This document shows positions 18,347 through 28,344 of a DNA stretch of 64,000 bases, in pieces. Source of the stretch: an uncultured delta proteobacterium (GTDB lineage: Bacteria; Desulfobacterota; Binatia; DP-6); NCBI GenBank assembly GCA_963815115.1, contig CAWFFN010000008.1:1-64000 (forward strand). The letters are read 5' to 3'. The translations under genes and the position numbers were made by a program. The notes under the pieces were generated by a model. It had not been told where the DNA came from. It did not search any database and saw only the letters and a list, made by a program, of their open reading frames with translations. Each line of letters opens with the position of its first letter. The stretch's first letter is position 1.

Positions 18347-19189
18347 CTAGCTCCTGCGTGCATCGCTTCCGAGCGCCACCGCGCGCACGGCGGCGCTGTC
18401 AGTCGGCTGATGCCCGACGGCGTGGACGGGCGGCGGAATCTCGACGACCGTGTTCGACAGCCGTCCCAGTCCGCTCACCTCGACCTCGACGACGTCACCG
18501 GGCTGCATCGGGCGCGAGTTCGCGGGCGTGCCCGTGAGAACGACATCGCCGGGCAGGAGCGTGATGTGTCGGCAGAGATCGGCCAGGATGTAGTCGATGC
18601 CGAAGGTCATTTCGCTGACCTTTCCCTCCTGTACGACCGTGCCGTTGCGATAGGTCCGCAGTACACTGGTCCGTACGTCGACCCCGCGGACGATCCCCGG
18701 CCCGAGCGGGCAGAAGCCGTCCTGCCCCTTCACCCGCAGCATCGACCCGGCATCGGTGTCGCGGAAATCCTGACACCCGACGTCGTTCGCAGGCGCGAAG
18801 CCGGCGAGGTGATCCCATACGTCCGACGGTGCGACGTTTCGCATCGGGCGGCCGACGATCGCGGCGACCTCACCTTCGTAGTTGAGGTACTGCGTGTTCG
18901 CTGGACGGCACACCGCGCCCCGATGGGCGTTCACGGCGGTGATCGGCTTCTGGAAATATGTGGGCGTGACGAGGGCCGGCGCACCGAACTCGATGCGCCG
19001 CGACTCGTAGTTCAGGTGGATGCAGAGGATCTTCCCGGGGTCGCACGGCGCCAAGTAGGTGGCAGACGCTTCGCGCACCCGCCGGCCGTCACCGAGCAGG
19101 AGCTCCTCCCCTTCGAGCCGAACCCAATACGGGACCCCTTCGTGGAGGATGCGCCGCAGCTCGGCCCGCGGGCCGTCGAGGACGCTCAT
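18347..19189 (-). CDS. Fumarylacetoacetate hydrolase family (HpaG/HpcE-like decarboxylase/isomerase)
   Basis: KILCIHLNY, YFQKP, NYEGE, ANDV, KGQDGFCPLGP, TLLPGDVVLTGTP; ATG overlaps the upstream stop. Confidence 0.9.
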   Translation of the reverse strand: MSVLDGPRAELRRILHEGVPYWVRLEGEELLLGDGRRVREASATYLAPCDPGKILCIHLNYESRRIEFGAPALVTPTYFQKPITAVNAHRGAVCRPANTQYLNYEGEVAAIVGRPMRNVAPSDVWDHLAGFAPANDVGCQDFRDTDAGSMLRVKGQDGFCPLGPGIVRGVDVRTSVLRTYRNGTVVQEGKVSEMTFGIDYILADLCRHITLLPGDVVLTGTPANSRPMQPGDVVEVEVSGLGRLSNTVVEIPPPVHAVGHQPTDSAAVRAVALGSDARRS

Positions 19190-19980
19190 CGCGTACCTCG
19201 TAGCGGCATCGACGTCCCGCCGGTCACGCTGAACGCCATCGGGTAAACCCAACCGGGGCCGACGGACGTGGGCGCGAGGAGATCGAGCTCCTCGAATTCG
19301 GAGGTGCCGAGCTCCAGCGCCGCTTTCCCGCGCCAGACCGTGCCGATCTCGACGCCCGTAACCGTGACGATCGAGAGCTCGTGTACGGCTGGCTGATCAT
19401 CCGCGAGCGACGGCCAGAGCCGCGTGTGAATCTGCGGGAGCGCGCCCGCTGGGAGCGCTCCGGTGACCGTCTCCTGCAACGTCACCGCGACGGTCGCCAG
19501 CCGCCGGCCGAGACTCGAGACGTGCGCTGCGAAGCGCTCGCCCGGTGCTTTCCGCGGCCCACCCTTCCCGATGTCGACGGCGCGCGTCATGTGGATGTCG
19601 CCGAGCTTCTTCGGGAAGCCTTGTATCTGCCCCCGCAGGAGCGAGAGCTCGGAATCCACCCAGATGTAGGGCACGCGCCCGAACGGCCGGTCGTCGAAGG
19701 CTCCGTTCAGGGTCACGTAGGCTTCCCTGTACTGCCCCTTGATCGGATCGTCCTTGACGCGCGGATCGCGGTCCGCGGCCGAGCACCAATCGCAGAAGAA
19801 GAACGTGCAGCTACCGTCGCCCCGCGGTGAGAAGCCGGCGGGCACGAGCGCCGCGACGCGGCCCGGGTCCGCGGTGAAATCGATGGCGATGATGTCGCCC
19901 GAATAGTGCCAGGGCGGGGGCGGGACGGTCGACGCGCGTCCCGTGGGCGTTTGCGGAAGCGTCCAACCTGCGAGTGTCAT
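19186..19980 (-). CDS. Acetoacetate decarboxylase-like protein (MppR/Sbi00515-like)
   Basis: PPPPWHYSG, QYREA, YIWVD, RGQIQGFPKKLG (Schiff-base Lys). Confidence 0.85.
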   Translation of the reverse strand: MTLAGWTLPQTPTGRASTVPPPPWHYSGDIIAIDFTADPGRVAALVPAGFSPRGDGSCTFFFCDWCSAADRDPRVKDDPIKGQYREAYVTLNGAFDDRPFGRVPYIWVDSELSLLRGQIQGFPKKLGDIHMTRAVDIGKGGPRKAPGERFAAHVSSLGRRLATVAVTLQETVTGALPAGALPQIHTRLWPSLADDQPAVHELSIVTVTGVEIGTVWRGKAALELGTSEFEELDLLAPTSVGPGWVYPMAFSVTGGTSMPLRGTR

Positions 19981-20002
19981 ACGTCTCTCCTTCGGCGCTC
20001 GT

Positions 20003-20866
20003 TCAGCCGGCAACGTCGAACCATACGTGGGCCTGCCCCGTGCCGACGGCGTTCTCGTAGTCGGAGAGCTGCCGGCCGGGGATGCGGCAATCACGGCCGC
20101 CGAGCGCGCCGACCAGCATCAGGTAGTGTCCGAACAACCCTTCGGGATGAAAGCGCCGATACTCCGGATAGAGGTCGAGCACCGCGGCGTGATCGCCGTC
20201 GCGCCAATGCCCGAGCACCCGCTCGTCGATGGCACGCGCCTCCGGCGAGATGACGTCGTCGGGACGGAAGGAGGCGTGCTCGAGAATGACGTCCATGGGC
20301 CAGAACGTGTGCGTCATTCCACCGCTACCGATGAGCGCCACGCGTGCGTCCGGTGTTCGTCGGACCGCTTCGGCCAGGCAGGCGCCGAGGTCGAGGAAGT
20401 TGTGCGCCTCGGCGGTCTGGCACACCCCGATGCTGAGCACCGCCTCGCCTCGATGAAGGTAGTGCACCGTGTTCAGCGTCGGGTAGTGCACGGCGAGGTG
20501 CGGATTCGTCGCGTTCAGGAACCGCACGCCACGTTCGCGTGTCGCGCCTTCGAGCTGCTCCGCGAGCGCCGGAGCGCCGGGGTAGTCGTACAAGTAGTCG
20601 GTGATCAGCGTCGGCAGCTCCTCGGACGTGTACGTGCCCTGAAAGCGCGCTGCGCCGGCGGCGACATGCTCAATCGTCGTGAACCAGTGCGTGTCGAAGA
20701 TGACGAGCGTGTTGGCACCGCACGCGTCGAGGGCCTCGCGCAGCCTCGGGATGCCCGGCTCGACCAACGTCGTATCCCGTCCCTGGCCCATCGCTTTGCG
20801 CAGGGGTTCGGGCGCCATGATCGCCGGCTGATGTCCGAAGATCGCTGCACCCACGATGTCGCCCAT
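20003..20866 (-). CDS. hpaD: LigB-type extradiol dioxygenase (homoprotocatechuate 2,3-dioxygenase-like)
   Basis: MGDIVGAA..GHQP, FDTHWFTT, YTSEELP, YPGAPALA, SGGMTHTFW, YENAVGTGQ. Confidence 0.75.
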   Translation of the reverse strand: MGDIVGAAIFGHQPAIMAPEPLRKAMGQGRDTTLVEPGIPRLREALDACGANTLVIFDTHWFTTIEHVAAGAARFQGTYTSEELPTLITDYLYDYPGAPALAEQLEGATRERGVRFLNATNPHLAVHYPTLNTVHYLHRGEAVLSIGVCQTAEAHNFLDLGACLAEAVRRTPDARVALIGSGGMTHTFWPMDVILEHASFRPDDVISPEARAIDERVLGHWRDGDHAAVLDLYPEYRRFHPEGLFGHYLMLVGALGGRDCRIPGRQLSDYENAVGTGQAHVWFDVAG

Positions 20867-20867
20867 G

Positions 20868-22328
20868 TCACGCCTCCTCGCCGAACGATCCTTTGCGGAT
20901 CGCGACGTTCTTCACGTCGGAGAAGAAATCGAAGCTCCACGTGCCACCCTCGCGGCCGATTCCCGACTCGCGCGCACCGCCGAACGGCGCCGCGAGATCG
21001 CGCACGAAATAGCAGTTGACCCATACGGTTCCCGCGACCACCTGCGACGCGAGACGCCGCGCGCGTCGCTCCTCGCGCGTGAAGATCACCGCCGCCAAGC
21101 CGTAGCGCGTCCCGTTCGCCACCGTCACAACTTCGTCGTCGCTGTCGAACGTTTGCCAGGTGAGGACGGGCCCGAAGACTTCGCGCTGGGCGACCTCCAT
21201 GTCGGCGCGGATGTCCGCGAGGAGCGTCGGCTCGAAGTACTGGGCGCCCGCGCCGTGCGGACGACCGCCCCAGAGCGCGACGGCGCCATCGGTCAGGGCG
21301 CGATCGACGAAGCCCCGGACGCGGTCGAAATGCTCGGGCGCGATCAGCGGGCCGACGCGCGTCCCAGGCTCACGAGGATCGCCCACGACCATCGCCCCGG
21401 CGGCTTGCCGTACCTTCGCGAGAAACGGCTTCGAGACGGATGCCTCGACCAAGACGCGCGTACCGGCGAGGCACACTTGCCCGGCATTGAGGTATTGCAT
21501 GGCGACCGTCTGAGCAGCGGCGTCCAGGTCGGCGTCGGCACAGACGATGAAGGGCGACTTCCCGCCGAGCTCCGTGCTCACCGGGACGAGGTTCCGCGCA
21601 CCGGCCACACCGATGAGACGTCCCGTTTCTGGTGAGCCCGTGAAACTGATCCGGTCGACGTCCTCGTGCGCGACCAGCGCCGCGCCGGCATCCTCGCCGA
21701 CGCCCTGCACCACGTTCAAGACGCCGGCCGGAATGCCCGCAGCGTTCGCAATGTCCGCGAGCAACGAGCAGGTGAGCGGCGCCCATTCCGGCGGTTTCAC
21801 GACCACCGTGTTGCCGGCCGCAAGCGCCGGACCCACCTTCCAGGTCGTGAGCATCAGCGGCGCATTCCATGGCGTGATGAGCGCGGCGACGCCGGCGGGC
21901 TCGTAGCGGACGTGATTCGTCACCTCGGGTCCGTCGATCGTGTGCTCGAGCTTCAGCGCCCACTCGGCGAAGAACTCGATGTTGAGCGCGGCGCGCGGCA
22001 CCATGCGATGGACGTTGCCGAGGAGCAACGAACCGTTGTCTGCCGTCTCGACTGCGGCCAGCTCCTTCGCGCGCGCCAGTATCCCGTCGGCAAACCGCTT
22101 CAGGATCGGCGCGCGTCCATGGGGGCCGAGCGCTGCCCAGGCGGGGAACGCGGCGCGCGCGGCACGGACGGCCGCGTCCACCTCGCTTGCGCCTCCCGCC
22201 GCCACGTCGGCGAGGTGCGCGCCGTCGATGGGTGATGCAACCGGGAAGTGCCCGCTCGACGAAACACGCTCACCACCGATCCAGTGATCGGTCGAGACCT
22301 CGACACCGGCCACCACGACGGTTCCCAT
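20868..22328 (-). CDS. hpaE: Hydroxymuconic semialdehyde dehydrogenase (CHMS dehydrogenase-like)
   Basis: ITPWNAPLML.TWK, KPPEWAPLT, FTGS, ELGGKSP, GQVCLAGTR, EVFGPV, SGIGREGG. Confidence 0.8.
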   Translation of the reverse strand: MGTVVVAGVEVSTDHWIGGERVSSSGHFPVASPIDGAHLADVAAGGASEVDAAVRAARAAFPAWAALGPHGRAPILKRFADGILARAKELAAVETADNGSLLLGNVHRMVPRAALNIEFFAEWALKLEHTIDGPEVTNHVRYEPAGVAALITPWNAPLMLTTWKVGPALAAGNTVVVKPPEWAPLTCSLLADIANAAGIPAGVLNVVQGVGEDAGAALVAHEDVDRISFTGSPETGRLIGVAGARNLVPVSTELGGKSPFIVCADADLDAAAQTVAMQYLNAGQVCLAGTRVLVEASVSKPFLAKVRQAAGAMVVGDPREPGTRVGPLIAPEHFDRVRGFVDRALTDGAVALWGGRPHGAGAQYFEPTLLADIRADMEVAQREVFGPVLTWQTFDSDDEVVTVANGTRYGLAAVIFTREERRARRLASQVVAGTVWVNCYFVRDLAAPFGGARESGIGREGGTWSFDFFSDVKNVAIRKGSFGEEA

Positions 22329-23767
22329 CACGCGGCCTCGGTGAGGAAGCGGTCCACCAGCGCCAGCGCGCGCTCCTTGGGCGCGATCAGGTGGGACAGC
22401 CCCCGATTGCGTGCCGCCGACGCCAGGTAGAAGCGTTCGTACTGCTCACCGCGGCCGCCAAGCGCCGTCGCGGTGTAGTCCCACGCCAGACGGAAGATCC
22501 GGATGCGTTCCGCGGCGCCGAGCCCACCCGCACCCTGCAGGTACTTCGCGATGAGCGGCCCGAGCTTCGCGTCCTTCACCTGCGACTCGGTCGGCGTCGC
22601 CAGCACGTTGTGCGAGCCGATCAGCCGGAGGATCTCGTTCACGCGCGGCATCCACACGGGCATGAAGTGCTTCAGCTGGTTCAGGGGCTGGCCGTTGGGG
22701 AACCACACGCCGTTGCCCCACTCGAACGCCTCGGCCTCCGCCGTACGGATCGCCGCACGCGCGAGCTCGGCGTAACCGAACAGCTCGCCGAGGAGCTCGG
22801 CGGTCGTCTGGCTCTTATCGCCGACCGCGCTCGCCATCCGGCAGCCGAGGCCGTAGGCGAACTCGAGCTTCGTCTGCGCCCGGATCATGGTCTGCTGCAT
22901 GATGTTCGGGTACCACCCGGTCATCATGACGTTGTTGTAGACGTCGACCTGGCCGTCGATGAAGAGGCGTTCGCGCGGAACCTCGACGTCGTCGAAGATG
23001 ACGAACGCGTCCTGCTCGTCGAAACGGCTCGACAGCGGATGGTCGTATCGGCTGGTCCCTCGCGAGACACTGTCGCGGCAGAGGAACTTCAGGCCAGGCG
23101 TCGCCATGGGGATCGAGAACGACAGCGCGTAGCGCGAGCCGTCCGCGGGAATCGGGTGCGCAGGATAGACGGCCAGCTCGTCCGCGAACGGGGCCAGCGT
23201 CGCCAGCACTCGCGCTCCGCGCACCAGGATGCCGTGCCGGGTGTTCTCCACCTTGTGGAGCACGACGTCGCCACCGCCGGCCGCGACGTCGGGCAGCGAC
23301 TTGTCGATGGTCGGATGGATGATCGTGTGCGTCAGCGAGAGATCGCGCCGGCGCAGCTCCTTTTGAAACGCGACCAGGTTGGCCGCGCCCCGTTCGTTTC
23401 CGGCGACGGACCACTCGTCCTCGCGCCCGGCGAAGCCCGCGAAGGTGACGTTCAGGTAGTCCGGGGAGCGACCCATCAGTCCGACCGTGTGATCTGCGAT
23501 CCGCTGGAGGCAGCGGTGACGGCGCTCGAGATCGGCCTTGGAGCGCGGGATCATGTGGCTGACGTTGATCGGCTCGCCCGTCTCGGGATCGGGCATGAAG
23601 CAGTCGTCGGCGTAGCGGTGCTGGAGGTCGAAGAGCTCGGCCACGGTCCGCGCGGCGCCCGCGAAGGCGGGATGATCCGCAACGTCGCGCACGCGCGCGC
23701 CGTCGACCCAGATCTCCCGTTCTGTCCTGAGTCCGTCTAGAAACTGCTTTCCCGTGCGTGCGGGCAT
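22328..23767 (-). CDS. hpaB: 4-hydroxyphenylacetate 3-monooxygenase-family oxygenase component
   Basis: MPARTGKQFLDGL, MGRSPDYLN, GARVLATLAP, DHPLSSRFDEQDA, GRGEQYERFY. Confidence 0.9.
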   Translation of the reverse strand: MPARTGKQFLDGLRTEREIWVDGARVRDVADHPAFAGAARTVAELFDLQHRYADDCFMPDPETGEPINVSHMIPRSKADLERRHRCLQRIADHTVGLMGRSPDYLNVTFAGFAGREDEWSVAGNERGAANLVAFQKELRRRDLSLTHTIIHPTIDKSLPDVAAGGGDVVLHKVENTRHGILVRGARVLATLAPFADELAVYPAHPIPADGSRYALSFSIPMATPGLKFLCRDSVSRGTSRYDHPLSSRFDEQDAFVIFDDVEVPRERLFIDGQVDVYNNVMMTGWYPNIMQQTMIRAQTKLEFAYGLGCRMASAVGDKSQTTAELLGELFGYAELARAAIRTAEAEAFEWGNGVWFPNGQPLNQLKHFMPVWMPRVNEILRLIGSHNVLATPTESQVKDAKLGPLIAKYLQGAGGLGAAERIRIFRLAWDYTATALGGRGEQYERFYLASAARNRGLSHLIAPKERALALVDRFLTEAA

Positions 23768-23783
23768 GAGAATCCTCCCAGCT

Positions 23784-24509
23784 TCAAGTCCGCGTGGCAG
23801 CACGGCGGCGAATGCGTGACCGTGCTCGCGCAGATGTTGTGGTTCGATCCGGTCCGAGCCCTCGGACCTGCAGCGCAAAGGAGTCGCGCAGCCGCGCGAC
23901 GTGCTCGGTGGTCGCCAGCGGCTCGCGTAGACCCAACCATTTCTGCAGCCGCACGAGGTAAGCGGCGAAACAGTTCTCCGCGAGCAGCTGCGCAGGCACG
24001 TCGGCGGCGACCTCGCCCCTTTTCTTCGCCTGCTCGACGAGGTCGGCGCAGCGCGCGATCAGGGCGTCCACGAAGTCGTATATCCCCCGCCGGTGCTGCT
24101 CCTTCACGAACAGCACCTCCTTCACGAAGACCCGTGCGAGCTCCTGATCCCTGTCGTGAAACGCGACCAGGGCCCCGAACACGTGCACGAAGGCGTCGAG
24201 GAGCGACGCGCGCTCCGGGATCGAGGCGAACGCCTGTTCGCAGACGCGATCCATTTCATCTCGGAAGACGAGGACCAGCACCTCCTCCTTGGACTGCACG
24301 TAAAGGAAGAGGGTCCCAGTGCCGATGTCCGCGCGCTCGGCGATCTCCTGCGTCGTCGTGGCGGTGAAGCCCTTCGAGGCGAACAGGGCCCGGGCGGCCG
24401 CCTTGATGCGTTCGCGCTTCTCCAGCTTGTTGCGCTCCCTTCGGCCGGGGGGGGTGTCCGCCGCTGACGCCTTTCCGGGCCGAGCCGCCGTATGCTGGCC
24501 GATCGCCAT
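23784..24509 (-). CDS. TetR/AcrR transcriptional regulator
   Basis: RRERNK...AARALF...GF.ATTTQEIAERADIGTGTLFLYVQSKEE HTH. Confidence 0.9.
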   Translation of the reverse strand: MAIGQHTAARPGKASAADTPPGRRERNKLEKRERIKAAARALFASKGFTATTTQEIAERADIGTGTLFLYVQSKEEVLVLVFRDEMDRVCEQAFASIPERASLLDAFVHVFGALVAFHDRDQELARVFVKEVLFVKEQHRRGIYDFVDALIARCADLVEQAKKRGEVAADVPAQLLAENCFAAYLVRLQKWLGLREPLATTEHVARLRDSFALQVRGLGPDRTTTSARARSRIRRRAATRT

Positions 24510-24546
24510 GAGTACGCTCATAATTGAGTACAGTCAGTTTTGTCAA
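24508..24546 (-). promoter_or_regulatory. sigma70 promoter with overlapping putative TetR operators (probably leaderless)
   Basis: Perfect TTGACA at 24546-24541; imperfect palindromes TGAGTACGCTCA and TGAGTACAGTCA between the -35 and the ATG. Confidence 0.6.
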
Positions 24547-24572
24547 GAACCCCTTGCGGCAGCGCGGTATTC

Positions 24573-24705
24573 GAACGCAGCTACGAGGCCACGTCGGTCG
24601 AGGAGATCGCTGCCGGCGGCAAGGTGTCGAAGCCGATCCGCTACGAGCACTTCGGCGGCAAGGAAGGCCTGTAGGCGGTCGTCATCGACCGTGAGGTCGA
24701 GCACA
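24573..24705 (+). pseudogene. TetR HTH remnant
   Basis: YEATSVEEIAAGGKVSKPIRYEHFGGKEGL*AVVIDRE with an internal TAG. Confidence 0.6.
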
Positions 24706-24794
24706 ATCGAGGCCCGGCACGGAAGCGATCACGGCGGGCTCAGCGCGGCAGCGGGCTCAAGCGCGCGGTGCTGGGCATACAAGGCGCGATGACG

Positions 24795-24925
24795 TCAAAC
24801 CGGCACCACTACCGGCACTGGCGTTCATGGGTCGTTCGCTGGGCGAAGGGCGGCGGACGTCAACACAAACTAGGAAGTGCCCGCCCCCCGCACGGGCCGC
24901 TATGATGCGCGATCCGGGGGGGGAG
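24795..24925. mobile_element. IS91-like end motif, copy B
   Basis: TCAAACCGGCACCACTACCGGCA matches 16057-16078; followed by noncoding DNA with terminus-like ACTAGGAAGTGCCCGCCCC. Confidence 0.3.
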
Positions 24926-24968
24926 GGGTGCGTGTGAACGCGCTTCTCGCGCCGGCTGATCCGTGGAT

Positions 24969-26534
<1,566 letters not shown>

Positions 26535-26623
26535 TTTGCGTGTCCCCACCCTGGTGACGGTCGCTCCGCTCCAGCGGAGTAGTCGACTGCGGACGATGCG
26601 TCCAGTCGCCGGCCGACGACGCC

Positions 26624-26953
26624 TCAGTGCCCGCGTGTCGATTCGCCGGCGCGTCGATCGGCTGCCGCGCGAAGGACGATGTCGTCGCGGATCGCGGCGG
26701 CCACGATGTCGCGCGCGACGATGTCGACGCCGGCACGGTACATGTCGGCAAGCAGCGCCTTCCCCGCCGCATCGACGAAGCGCACGTCCGCGAGATGCAC
26801 GCGGATGGCGGCTCCGGCCGCCGCCTCCTGCGCACGACGCCAGGCACGCCGGAGCTCCGGAAGCCACTCACCGTCCAAGCTGCCCTCGAGCTTGAGCGTC
26901 CACGTGGAGCGGCCGTCCGGGCGGGTGTCGACGACGTCGGTGATCCGCAGCAT
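26624..26953 (-). CDS. STAS-like protein
   Basis: MLRIT...[19 protein letters not shown]...[11 protein letters not shown]. Confidence 0.75.
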   Translation of the reverse strand: MLRITDVVDTRPDGRSTWTLKLEGSLDGEWLPELRRAWRRAQEAAAGAAIRVHLADVRFVDAAGKALLADMYRAGVDIVARDIVAAAIRDDIVLRAAADRRAGESTRGH

Positions 26954-26966
26954 GGCTCACGGGCCA

Positions 26967-27169
26967 CGCAACCAGCGTGCCGGCCGGGTGACCCCCGCCG
27001 TCCAGGAACGTTGCGCACGAACCGGCCTCGACACTGCCGACGCGCTCGGCATTTCTGCCCGTCGGCATGGACGTGCGCACCCGACGCGGCGGGACGTGCT
27101 CGCGCGGTCGCGTTTCCGTGGCGTCTCCGGTATCTGTCCGCCTTCGCAGCGAACGGCACGACAGTTGCG
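26967..27169. promoter_or_regulatory. Divergent sigma54 promoters with central enhancer palindrome
   Basis: CGGCACGCTGGTTGCG (minus, 26982-26967); CGGCACGACAGTTGCG (plus, 27154-27169); TGCCGA-N5-TCGGCA at 27035-27051. Confidence 0.7.
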
Positions 27170-27182
27170 GATGCGACGAGAC

Positions 27183-28337
27183 ATGGGCCGGATGGATTCC
27201 ACCACTTCTCGGATCGGCATCGCGTGCATGCTCGTCGCGTTCGGCTGCACGCATGGTGCGCCGCCGGCGCCGCCCCCGCCCGAGGTCATCGTGACGACCG
27301 TCGTCCAGAAGGACGTGCCGATCCAAGCCGAGGCGGTGGGAACGACCGTGGGCTTCGTGAACGCGCAGGTCATGCCCCGGGTGCAGGGGTACCTGCTCAA
27401 GCAGGACTATCAGGACGGCGCGAACGTGAAGGCCAGCCAGCTCCTCTTCGAGATCGATGATCGGCCGTACAAGGCCGCGCTCGACCAGGCGCTCGGCGAC
27501 CTCGCAAAGGAGCAGGCCACGCTCCGGAAGAACCAGCTGGACGTCGCGCGATACACGCCGCTCGTCGCGAAGGGGGCGGTGAGCAAGGAGGAGCTCGACA
27601 ACGCCGCCCAGGCGACCCACGCAAGCGAGGCCCTGGTGCAGGCAGCCCAGGCGGTCGTCGAGAACGCCCGGCTCAACCTGGATTGGACTCGGATTTACTC
27701 ACCCATCGACGGCGTCGCCGGGATCGCACCGGTCCAGGTCGGCAATCTCGTGACCCCGTCCACCGTCCTCACCACCGTCTCCCAGGTCGATCCGATGAAG
27801 GTGACCTTCCCGATCACCGAGCGCCAGTACCTGCACTTTGCCGATCAGATCAAGGAGCATCAGGCGAAGGGCCGGGCACGGGACGAACCGGAGCTTCAGC
27901 TCATCCTCGCCGACGGCAGCACGTATCCCCGTCCGGGCCGGTTGTACGTCACGGACCGGCAGGTCGACCAGCAGACGGGGACGATCCTGGTGCAGGCGCT
28001 CTTCCCGAACCCCGACGCCATCCTCCGCCCCGGCCTGTACGCCAAGGTACGCGCGCCGGCGGAGACCATCCGGGGCGCCCTTCTCGTGCCGGCGCAAGCG
28101 GTGCAGGAGATCCAGGGCGCGTACCAGGTCGCGGTCGTCGGACCGGACGACAAGGTCGCGCTCCGCACGGTGAAGGCCGGCGAGCAGGGAGACGGGCTGT
28201 GGGTCATCACTGAGGGGCTCAAGCCGGGCGAACGCGTCGTGACGGAGGGCCTCCAGAAGGTCAAGGACGGGATCGTCGTGCGTCCCAAGCCCGACACATC
28301 GGCCCCGGCCGCGCCCGCGCCGCCCGGGCAAGGATAA
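27183..28337 (+). CDS. RND efflux periplasmic adaptor (AcrA-like lipoprotein)
   Basis: Lipobox-like AFGC; [37 protein letters not shown]. Confidence 0.92.
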   Translation: MGRMDSTTSRIGIACMLVAFGCTHGAPPAPPPPEVIVTTVVQKDVPIQAEAVGTTVGFVNAQVMPRVQGYLLKQDYQDGANVKASQLLFEIDDRPYKAALDQALGDLAKEQATLRKNQLDVARYTPLVAKGAVSKEELDNAAQATHASEALVQAAQAVVENARLNLDWTRIYSPIDGVAGIAPVQVGNLVTPSTVLTTVSQVDPMKVTFPITERQYLHFADQIKEHQAKGRARDEPELQLILADGSTYPRPGRLYVTDRQVDQQTGTILVQALFPNPDAILRPGLYAKVRAPAETIRGALLVPAQAVQEIQGAYQVAVVGPDDKVALRTVKAGEQGDGLWVITEGLKPGERVVTEGLQKVKDGIVVRPKPDTSAPAAPAPPGQG

Positions 28338-28344
28338 CCTGACC

